This document shows, piece by piece, positions 39,034-46,819 of a stretch of 64,000 bases of DNA (positions within the stretch are counted from its first letter, which is position 1; the number at the start of each line of letters is the position of its first letter). A program made the position numbers and the translations under genes. This stretch comes from an uncultured SAR86 cluster bacterium (lineage in GTDB: Bacteria; Pseudomonadota; Gammaproteobacteria; Magnimaribacterales; D2472), in assembly GCA_902608115.1 (NCBI GenBank), contig CACLMT010000003.1, positions 40,302 through 104,301 on the forward strand, given 5' to 3'. The notes under the pieces were generated by a model that had not been told where the DNA came from, searched no databases, and worked only from the letters and a program-made list of their open reading frames with translations.

Positions 39034-39053
39034 GTGTTTTTAGATAAAAACAC
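39034..39053. promoter_or_regulatory. 20-bp palindrome in the scpA / DAHP-synthase divergent intergenic region (candidate operator)
   Basis: GTGTTTTTAGATAAAAACAC has 9-bp arms (GTGTTTTTA / TAAAAACAC) around a 2-nt centre. It lies 101 nt upstream of the DAHP synthase ATG. Confidence 0.3.
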
Positions 39054-39153
39054 TGATTTAAAGGGTATGAATTAAACTAATAAAAAAACTGTCTTGATTA
39101 ATTAAAAGCTACTTTTTTTACATGGTTGATTTAAGATAAGCATTTTAAAGCTA

Positions 39154-40200
39154 ATGGATTACCAAACTGACAATACCCGAATAGTTGAGAGGTTAGATAT
39201 AATCCCTCCTATCAATCTTTTAGAAGAAATGCCTATTTCTGAAAAAATTTCTAGCTTAGTTTACGGTACTAGAAATGAGATTAGTAGCATTTTACATGGT
39301 AAAGACGATAGATTATTAGTTGTATGCGGACCTTGCTCAATACACAATCCCGATTCTGCAATTGAGTATGCAACAAAACTAAAAGAGCAATATGAGTTGC
39401 TAAATAAAGATTTGCTGATAGTTATGAGAGTTTATTTTGAAAAACCTCGTACGACAGTTGGTTGGAAAGGTTTAATTAATGATCCAGATTTAAATGGAAC
39501 ATTTGATATAAATAAGGGTATCCGTTTATCTAGATCTCTTCTGTTAGAATTTGGCAAGATGGGTTTACCGTGTGGTACAGAGTTTTTAGATTTAATTAGT
39601 CCTCAATATATTGCCGATTTAATTTCTTGGGGAGCTATTGGAGCAAGAACTGCTGAGAGCCAAACCCATAGAGAGCTAGCATCAGGAATGTCGTGCCCCA
39701 TAGGAATTAAAAATGGAACAAACGGAGCTCTAAAACCTGCAATTGATGGCATCCAAGCAGCCAATCATTCTCATGTATTTTTTTCTACAACTAAAGAAGG
39801 AAATGTATCAGTTTTTCGAACATCAGGGAATTCTGATTCACACATCATCTTGAGAGGTGGCAAAAAACCAAATTTTTCAAAAAATGATATAGAGAAAACT
39901 CTAACAGCACTTACAGAAGCAGATGTAAATAAATCAATCATGGTCGATGCTAGTCATGGAAACAGTCAAAAACAATTTAAAAAACAAATAGAGGTTATAA
40001 ATGATTTAGCCGAACAAATTTCTGGGGGAAATGGCTCTTTAAGAGGTTTAATGCTGGAAAGCAATTTAGTAGAAGGAAACCAAAGTATTTCAGATAATTT
40101 AACGTATGGGCAAAGTATTACCGATGCATGTATGAATTGGTCAGATACACTAGAATGCCTTCAAGTTGTTAGTGAGGCTGTTAAAAAAAGGCGGGGTTAA
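39154..40200 (+). CDS. 3-deoxy-7-phosphoheptulonate (DAHP) synthase, class I (AroF/G/H type)
   Basis: The 348-aa ORF has DDRLLVVCGPCSIH, KPRTTVGWKGL and IGARTAESQ.HRE motifs. The isozyme cannot be assigned. Confidence 0.9.
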   Translation: MDYQTDNTRIVERLDIIPPINLLEEMPISEKISSLVYGTRNEISSILHGKDDRLLVVCGPCSIHNPDSAIEYATKLKEQYELLNKDLLIVMRVYFEKPRTTVGWKGLINDPDLNGTFDINKGIRLSRSLLLEFGKMGLPCGTEFLDLISPQYIADLISWGAIGARTAESQTHRELASGMSCPIGIKNGTNGALKPAIDGIQAANHSHVFFSTTKEGNVSVFRTSGNSDSHIILRGGKKPNFSKNDIEKTLTALTEADVNKSIMVDASHGNSQKQFKKQIEVINDLAEQISGGNGSLRGLMLESNLVEGNQSISDNLTYGQSITDACMNWSDTLECLQVVSEAVKKRRG

Positions 40201-41013
40201 TTGGATAAAAAAAACTTTACTTTTTCGATTCAAGAAGCTGAAACATTAGGCGTTGAGTGCGCTACTGTACTGGCTGCTACAAAAAAAATAGATACGCTAT
40301 CTTTATCAGCTCAAGAAATATCTAATCATGTAGAAAATACTCTAAGTTTTTTAAGCGCTACTCAAGTCCTAAATAATGTTAAACGCTTGATTGACTTAAA
40401 ATTAATTAGATCAAAGACATCAATATCTAAAAAAAGTAACCACAAACCCAATATCTATAAATTAAAACTTCCAAGCAATAATAATACTGGTAAACGTATT
40501 CTTGAAAGCTCATGGATACCTTCTGATCATGCCTATGAAGTATTGAATATGGGCGGAGTGAATAAAAATTTTATCAACAACAAGATAGATGAATTTAAAA
40601 TGTATTGGCTAGAGAAGAATCAAATGCGTGATAATTGGAATGTGCTATTTGTTGATTTTATTAGGCGTGAATGGATAAAAGAAAATTCTTCCAATAAAGG
40701 CATGCCATTTTGTATAAATAATGAATGGATGCCTACATCTGATGCCTTTGATGTTCTAGAATTAGCAAATGTATCAAAAAATGATGCGTTAAAACATTTG
40801 AAGGAGTTTATACTCTACTGGAAGGAGAATGGAACAGCCTTAAAATCTTGGAATTCAAAATTTGTAGATTTTGTTAAACGAAAAGAACTTATAGGATCGT
40901 ACGAAGAAATTAATGACAAAAAAACTAAAAGACATAATGAACCCGGAGAATTTTCCAAAAAATTCAATGAAAGAACTCAAGATGAATCATGGGCAGAAAA
41001 TTTCGAGCTCTGA
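40201..41013 (+). CDS. Protein with a putative N-terminal winged-helix and two tandem DnaT-C-terminal-like (ssDNA-binding) domains; phage O/DnaT-like replication protein
   Basis: The 270-aa ORF starts at a TTG directly after the DAHP synthase stop. It has an internal duplication: WIPSDHAYEVLNMGGVNKNF..IDEFKMYWLEKNQMRDNWNVLFVDFIRREW and WMPTSDAFDVLELANVSKND..LKEFILYWKENGTALKSWNSKFVDFVKRKE. Both follow the E. coli DnaT pattern DWQPDADFIRLAALWGV...[24 protein letters not shown] (recalled). Confidence 0.5.
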   Translation: MDKKNFTFSIQEAETLGVECATVLAATKKIDTLSLSAQEISNHVENTLSFLSATQVLNNVKRLIDLKLIRSKTSISKKSNHKPNIYKLKLPSNNNTGKRILESSWIPSDHAYEVLNMGGVNKNFINNKIDEFKMYWLEKNQMRDNWNVLFVDFIRREWIKENSSNKGMPFCINNEWMPTSDAFDVLELANVSKNDALKHLKEFILYWKENGTALKSWNSKFVDFVKRKELIGSYEEINDKKTKRHNEPGEFSKKFNERTQDESWAENFEL

Positions 41014-41560
41014 ACGTAAAGCTTTTATCAAAGCTATTGATAATCTCTTCTTAAAACTAGAGCTATCTTATCATTATCAATTCTACAAAGTTTTTGGCAC
41101 AGACAAGAGATTAAAAGAAGCAAAAAGACTTTGGGCAGAAAGCTTAAAAAGATATTCTCCAACCTGTATTTATTCAGCAACAGAAACTGTTGTTAAAACA
41201 AACGACTACTTGCCAACATTAACTGAAGTTATTAAAGCTTGTGGAGAGTCAATTGATGTCTTAAACATCCCATCTACCCAAGAAGCATTTATTGAAGCAC
41301 AGAAATCATCTGCTCCTAGAAAAGAATATAATTGGACTACTCCAATTATTTACTGGGCCGCAAGAGAGGTTGGATGGGATATTATCAACTCTTCCAATAA
41401 CCCAAACACTTTCAAACTATTCTCAAAGGTATATGCACGCCTTGCTAATAAAATGAATGAAGGTCAGTCCTTTGATATCTCTGTTGAAGAACCTAATGCA
41501 GAAGTAAAGCCATTAGATAAAGAGCTACTTAAAAACTTAAGAAAAAAGCATAACTTATAG
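40913..41560 (+). CDS. Lambda replication protein P-like protein (candidate helicase-loader family, no Walker motifs)
   Basis: This is the maximal ORF (215 aa); in-frame ATGs at 40937, 40967 and 40982 are alternative starts. It is collinear with lambda P as recalled: KRLWAESL / RRQWVLAF, DYLPTLTEVIKACGE / PFLPSPGQFVAWCRE, LNIPSTQEAF / GLPNVSELV, YNWTTPIIYWAA / YPWKSNAHYWLV, KMNEGQSF / RINRGEAI. Confidence 0.5.
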   Translation: MTKKLKDIMNPENFPKNSMKELKMNHGQKISSSERKAFIKAIDNLFLKLELSYHYQFYKVFGTDKRLKEAKRLWAESLKRYSPTCIYSATETVVKTNDYLPTLTEVIKACGESIDVLNIPSTQEAFIEAQKSSAPRKEYNWTTPIIYWAAREVGWDIINSSNNPNTFKLFSKVYARLANKMNEGQSFDISVEEPNAEVKPLDKELLKNLRKKHNL

Positions 41561-41641
41561 TATCTAAAAAGAATTTTACAAGAGAATAAACTATAATCAC
41601 TTTCCTTGGTCAAATAGAGTATTGAGTAAATTAAAAAAATT

Positions 41642-42523
41642 ATGTCAAAAAATGTAAGGATATCTTTATACATTCTTATTCCAGTCATTGGATGGATGAT
41701 TTCTGGTCAATTTGTTAAGGAAAATATTACAAATGAAAGGATTGAAAAAACTCTTTCATCAGTTGTTATATCAGAAAGCTCTCCATCTTTTTTCTCTCCA
41801 AAAATTGTACTAAATGCATCAGCTACTTCTGAAAAGCGAGTTAATGTTATGGCCAAAACATCGGGTGAGGTAATGCCAAACAATGTATTACAAGGGGATT
41901 GGGTAAAAAAAGATCAAGTGCTTTGTAGATTAGGTGTTGTTGAGCTTAATAGAACTGAAGTGAAGGCACCTTTTAGAGGGTATGTGGAAAAAATTGTAAA
42001 GCCAGGCAATTTGCTTAATCGAGGAGAAATATGTGCAATTATTATTGAGTTAGATCCTTTAACTTTTGTTGCAGAAGTCCCTGAAGCTGAAATTAAAAGC
42101 ATTGTTAAAGGTCAAAAAGTTTTAATTGAACTAGTAACTGGTGAGACAATTACAAGCAAATTAAGTTTTGTTTCAAAAAGCGCAACACCCGCAACTAGAA
42201 GTTTCAGAGTAGAAGCAGAAGTCGAAAACTCCAAAGGAGTAATACGTGATGGCATTACCGGAACAATGAAAATTTATACAAATAAAATTCTTGCTCACAA
42301 AATTTCACCTTCAATTCTTTTATTATCTGATAACGGAACTATAGGAGTAAAAAGTGTTAACAATAATAACATTGTAGAATTTCTTCCTATAAAAATTATT
42401 GAAGATACTAATGATGGAATTTGGGTAACTGGAATACCAAACTTAAGTAATTTAATAGTGGTTGGTCAAGGCTTTGTTGAAAATGGCCAAGAAGTTGCCG
42501 TTACAAGCTTGGCTAAATTATGA
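41642..42523 (+). CDS. RND efflux periplasmic adaptor (MFP) lacking the alpha-helical hairpin
   Basis: The 293-aa ORF has an N-terminal TM anchor. The lipoyl half-motifs VMAKTSGEV...VKKDQVLCRL and VKAPFRGYVEKI..PGNLLNRGE are joined by only ~9 aa (GVVELNRTE). Beta-barrel and MP domains follow. It overlaps the RND gene by 4 nt. Confidence 0.75.
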   Translation: MSKNVRISLYILIPVIGWMISGQFVKENITNERIEKTLSSVVISESSPSFFSPKIVLNASATSEKRVNVMAKTSGEVMPNNVLQGDWVKKDQVLCRLGVVELNRTEVKAPFRGYVEKIVKPGNLLNRGEICAIIIELDPLTFVAEVPEAEIKSIVKGQKVLIELVTGETITSKLSFVSKSATPATRSFRVEAEVENSKGVIRDGITGTMKIYTNKILAHKISPSILLLSDNGTIGVKSVNNNNIVEFLPIKIIEDTNDGIWVTGIPNLSNLIVVGQGFVENGQEVAVTSLAKL

Positions 42524-45500
42524 CAAAAATAGTAGATTTTGCTTTATCAAAAGCAAAAACTACCCTTGCGTTAGCCTTGATGGTGATAATTGCAGGCTCA
42601 TATGCAAGATCTACTATTAGTGTTGCATCTGATCCTAATATTCAACTTCCTCTTGTAAGTGTTTCAGTTTTTTTAAGTGGGGCTTCTCCAGAAGATGCAT
42701 CTAGATTAATTGCTAGACCACTTGAGACTAGATTAAGAAGTGTTCCTGGTATCAAAGAATTATCATCATCTGCGCGTCTAAGTTATGCCAGAATCGTTGC
42801 AGAATTTGAAGTTGGATATGACATAGATACTGCACTTAGAGATATTAAACAAGCCGTTGAGGAAGTTAAGTTTAAGCTACCACGTGAAGCAGAAGACCCC
42901 CAAATAAGAGAGTATTCTTTTGCAATGTTTCCAGTGATGAATTTAAGCCTAATTGGATCTGCTTCTTTAAGACAAAAGGTATTTATTGCAAGAGAACTCC
43001 AAGATCGACTTGAGGCAGTTAATGAAGTTCTTGCAGCTGATCTTGAGGGCGCTCCTGAAGAAGTTCTTGAAGGAATTATAGATAAGTCCAAGATGGAAAC
43101 TTACGGAATTACCCTAAGTCAATTATACAGAGCAATCTCAAATAATAATTTAATAATTCCTGGAGGAGCACAAGATACAGGATCTGGGAAATTTAATATT
43201 GAAGTACCGAGTATTTTTGAAACAGCTGAAGATGTTTACAACATACCTATAAAGGTTACACAAGATGCAGTCGTAACCTTAAGTGATATAGGAGAAATAA
43301 GGAGGACATTTAAAGATTATTCCTCATTTGCAAAGGTAAATGGAGAAGATGCTGTAACCCTCGAAATAAGATTAAGAGTAGGCGCAAATGCACTTAATGC
43401 TAAAACTAAAATAATGAAAGTTAAAGAAGAGTTTGAGAAAACTTTACCTGAAAATCTTTCAATAGTTAGAACTAATGATGAAACTGTATGGGCAGAAGTC
43501 ATGGTCTCCGAACTAGAGGGCAATATTATAACTGCAATTTTTCTTGTTATGATCCTAGTGATTGCAAGTATGGGGGTTAGAGTTGGATTGATGGTAGGAC
43601 TTTCAATCCCTTTTTGTTTTCTCTTGACATTTATAATTCTTAAGGTCGCAGAAATAGAATTTAATTTCTTGGTCATGATGGGGCTTTTACTTGGTTTAGG
43701 TATGCTTATTGATGGAGCAATAGTTGTAACAGAATATGCTGATAGAAAAATCTCAGAAGGGTTAGATCGATTAGAAGCCTATCGTCTAGCTTCAAAAAGA
43801 ATGTTCTATCCAATACTTTCATCAACAGCAACAACGATAGCTGCATTTACACCACTTGTTTTTTGGCCAGGATTTACTGGTCAATTTATGCGTTACTTAC
43901 CTATAACTGTTTTTATAGTACTGAGTGCATCGCTTGTTTACGCAATGATTATTACGCCAGTTATTGGATCAATATTTGGACAAAGAAGATCTACATTAGT
44001 ATCAGGTGAAAATGAGCAAACTGGGGAAATTATTTTTGATAAAATATCAGGTTTTTATGGACCATGGTTAAGAAAATTTGTTAATAACCCTGGAGAAACC
44101 ATAATTGCTGTGTTGATGGTTCTGTGGTTTTTTGGATTTGCTATGTATGGGAATTTTGGTAAAGGATCGATTTATTTTGCAGATATAGACCCTGTTGCTG
44201 CAGATATATCAATAAGAGCTAGAGGTAATTTTTCTTCACTAGAAGAAAAAGAAATAATGGAGCAAGTAGAATCTAAAATCTCTAAAATTCAAGGCATTGA
44301 AAATTTATATTTAACTACTGGAACCCAATGGTTTAATTCTGGTGGAGACACAATGGCAAGAGGATTTCTTGAAATAGTTGGGTCTGAGGGTAAAAAACTT
44401 AAAGAACGTCGTACATATACAGGCAATGAGGTCATTAGCTTGGTTCAACAAGCAACTTCTAATATTCCTGGCATTATTGTAGAAGTAACCCCAGAAGAAG
44501 GAGGACCCTCTTTTTCTTCACCTATAGAACTAGGTATTTTTGGCGATAATGAAGATCAAGTTGCAAAAGTTACTCAAACAATAGAACAATATATGCAAAA
44601 TGATGTAGAGGGCTTGGTTAATATTAGGTCAACTCTTCCCTACCCATTAATTGAGTGGAGAGTTGAAGTTAATAAACAAAAAGCTGCTCAGCTTGGGGTG
44701 AGTATTGGTGATATTGGTGCGCTTGTTCAAATGCTAACTAATGGATTTAAAGTTGGAGAGTATAGGCCTGATGATTCAAAGGATGAAATTGAGATAAGGG
44801 CTAGATTTGGTAGTCAACTTAGATCATTGAGCGGAATTGAAGATCTAAGAGTCAATTCAATTAATGGTCTTATTCCAATTAGTACCTTTATTAAATTAGT
44901 GCCAGTAGAAAATCGTCAATCAGTTGTGAGAAGAAATGGAAAGTTCTTCCATGAAATAGGTGTAGCAATTGACAAAGAGAAAGCTGCAGCAGGTGGGTAT
45001 AATGTTGCCGACAAAGTAAAAGAAATGGATCAATGGCTTTCTGAGCAGGATTTTGGAACAGGAATTACAACTAAATTTAGAGGCCAACAAGAAGAAACTG
45101 AGGAAGTTATTGAATTCTTAACTATTGCGGCCATAACTGCCCTTGCGTTAATGTTAATCTTACTGGTCACTCAATTTAATAGCTTTTATCAATCCTCGCT
45201 TGTTTTAAGTGCTGTCTTTATGTCAGTAGTTGGTGTATTAATTGGTCTGTTAATTAGAGGTGAGCCATTTAGTACTACCATGACAGGCATTGCAGTGGTT
45301 GCTCTGTCTGGGATTGTAGTCAATAACAATATCGTATTAATTGATACATTCAATAGGCTAAAAGGGGAATTTCCAAATTTAACAAGAGAAGATGTCATCA
45401 TTAAAACTTGTAAACAAAGATTGCGTCCTATTTTGCTTACGACTGCAACAACTATCTTTGGATTAATGCCTTTAGCAATAGGTCTAAGTATTGATGTATT

Positions 45501-45690
45501 AGATAGAGAAATTATGGTTGGGAGTCGTGTAGTTAGTTGGTGGCAAAATTTAGCCTCCTCTATTGTTTTTGGTTTAGGCTTTAGCACAATTCTAACTTTA
45601 ATTTTTACCCCAGCAGCCCTTATACTTCCCTCAAGAATTAAATCATTTTTACAAAATAGGTTTGGGTTATTTAATGCACAAGTAGAGTGA
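42520..45690 (+). CDS. RND efflux transporter, inner-membrane permease (AcrB/HAE1-like)
   Basis: The 1056-aa ORF has a 12-TM architecture with two large periplasmic loops and typical motifs (LGLGMLIDGAIVVTE, GIVVNNNIVLID). Confidence 0.9.
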   Translation: MTKIVDFALSKAKTTLALALMVIIAGSYARSTISVASDPNIQLPLVSVSVFLSGASPEDASRLIARPLETRLRSVPGIKELSSSARLSYARIVAEFEVGYDIDTALRDIKQAVEEVKFKLPREAEDPQIREYSFAMFPVMNLSLIGSASLRQKVFIARELQDRLEAVNEVLAADLEGAPEEVLEGIIDKSKMETYGITLSQLYRAISNNNLIIPGGAQDTGSGKFNIEVPSIFETAEDVYNIPIKVTQDAVVTLSDIGEIRRTFKDYSSFAKVNGEDAVTLEIRLRVGANALNAKTKIMKVKEEFEKTLPENLSIVRTNDETVWAEVMVSELEGNIITAIFLVMILVIASMGVRVGLMVGLSIPFCFLLTFIILKVAEIEFNFLVMMGLLLGLGMLIDGAIVVTEYADRKISEGLDRLEAYRLASKRMFYPILSSTATTIAAFTPLVFWPGFTGQFMRYLPITVFIVLSASLVYAMIITPVIGSIFGQRRSTLVSGENEQTGEIIFDKISGFYGPWLRKFVNNPGETIIAVLMVLWFFGFAMYGNFGKGSIYFADIDPVAADISIRARGNFSSLEEKEIMEQVESKISKIQGIENLYLTTGTQWFNSGGDTMARGFLEIVGSEGKKLKERRTYTGNEVISLVQQATSNIPGIIVEVTPEEGGPSFSSPIELGIFGDNEDQVAKVTQTIEQYMQNDVEGLVNIRSTLPYPLIEWRVEVNKQKAAQLGVSIGDIGALVQMLTNGFKVGEYRPDDSKDEIEIRARFGSQLRSLSGIEDLRVNSINGLIPISTFIKLVPVENRQSVVRRNGKFFHEIGVAIDKEKAAAGGYNVADKVKEMDQWLSEQDFGTGITTKFRGQQEETEEVIEFLTIAAITALALMLILLVTQFNSFYQSSLVLSAVFMSVVGVLIGLLIRGEPFSTTMTGIAVVALSGIVVNNNIVLIDTFNRLKGEFPNLTREDVIIKTCKQRLRPILLTTATTIFGLMPLAIGLSIDVLDREIMVGSRVVSWWQNLASSIVFGLGFSTILTLIFTPAALILPSRIKSFLQNRFGLFNAQVE

Positions 45691-45720
45691 TCATAAAAAA
45701 ATGATAAGTTACAATAAGAA

Positions 45721-45939
45721 ATGGTAAAAAAAGATACAACTAATTTTGAAGCATCATTAAAAAAACTAGAGAAAATTGTTCTCAAACTAGAGGATGGTGA
45801 TATCAGCTTGGAAGATAGCGTAAAATCTTTTGAGGAAGGCATTGGGTTAGTAAAAGAATGTCAGAAACAATTATCAGAAGCCGAATTAAAAGTTAAAAAA
45901 CTTTTGGGTAATGGTGAGTCAGTAGATCTAAAAAATTAA
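45721..45939 (+). CDS. xseB: Exodeoxyribonuclease VII small subunit
   Basis: The 72-aa ORF has FEASLKKLEKIVLKLEDGDISLEDSVKSFEEG and the xseB-ispA-dxs context. Confidence 0.85.
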   Translation: MVKKDTTNFEASLKKLEKIVLKLEDGDISLEDSVKSFEEGIGLVKECQKQLSEAELKVKKLLGNGESVDLKN

Positions 45940-45948
45940 AAGTAAAAA

Positions 45949-46818
45949 ATGTCTGCAACCTTTTTATCTGCATGCAAAGAAAGGGTATTTAATAAAATAA
46001 ATTCTCTTCTTGTTGAAGATGATAAAGTTACATCATCTATGAAATATTCAGCATTAGCTGATAGCAAATGTATCAGAGCTGGATTAGTTTTTGCTTCCGG
46101 AAATCTCAAAAAAAATCTCAATGATTCAGCTTTAACCGATTTAGCCACCAGCATTGAGCTTATGCATACCTATTCATTAATTCATGATGACCTTCCTTCC
46201 ATGGATAACGATGATATGAGACGAGGACAACCCTCAAACCATATAATTTTTCATGAAGCAACTTCTATTTTAGCTGGAGATGCTTTGCAAGCATTAGCAT
46301 ATGAAGTTATAGCATCCTCTAAAGATATTAAAGATAAGCAAAAGATTGAGATCATTAAAACACTCACTTCATCATGTGGACATCAAGGTATGATTTTAGG
46401 ACAACAATATGACTTAGATGCTGAAAAAGATGAATACCATGACATTAAGAAAATTCACCTACTTAAAACAGCCAAGTTAATTCAAGCCGCAATCACTTTG
46501 CCATACTTGGGCTTATATGAATATAAAGATACATATAAGATACTGCAAAAGCTAGGAGAAAAACTAGGTCTAGCTTTTCAAATTATGGATGATGTCCTTG
46601 AAATATCTTCTAATTCTGAAACGCTAGGTAAAAACAACAACTCAGATATAAAAAACTCCAAAATGACCTATGTAAGCGTTTTTGGGTTAGAAGAGTCTAT
46701 TCAACAAGCTGAAAAAATCTCTAATTCATGTATCAATGAAATAAAGAAAAAATTTTCTAGCAAAGAATCAAAAGAATTAATTGAATTGGCTAATTATATG
46801 GTTGCAAGAACTCATTAA
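45949..46818 (+). CDS. ispA: (2E,6E)-farnesyl diphosphate synthase
   Basis: The 289-aa ORF has the first Asp-rich motif LIHDDLPSMDNDDMRRG and the second FQIMDDVLE. Confidence 0.85.
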   Translation: MSATFLSACKERVFNKINSLLVEDDKVTSSMKYSALADSKCIRAGLVFASGNLKKNLNDSALTDLATSIELMHTYSLIHDDLPSMDNDDMRRGQPSNHIIFHEATSILAGDALQALAYEVIASSKDIKDKQKIEIIKTLTSSCGHQGMILGQQYDLDAEKDEYHDIKKIHLLKTAKLIQAAITLPYLGLYEYKDTYKILQKLGEKLGLAFQIMDDVLEISSNSETLGKNNNSDIKNSKMTYVSVFGLEESIQQAEKISNSCINEIKKKFSSKESKELIELANYMVARTH

Positions 46819-46819
46819 A

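Noticed and set aside
41575-41608. TATAAT hexamer with an upstream TTTACA, considered as a promoter for the RND operon
   Set aside because: The spacing between TTTACA and TATAAT is only 11 nt, and no acceptable -35 box sits at 16-18 nt. TATAAT-like hexamers are common in AT-rich DNA.
45189-45842. 217-aa minus-strand ORF spanning the RND C-terminus and the xseB start
   Set aside because: It is antisense to two confidently identified genes. It has a serine/leucine-rich, low-complexity translation and no motifs or plausible ribosome-binding context.
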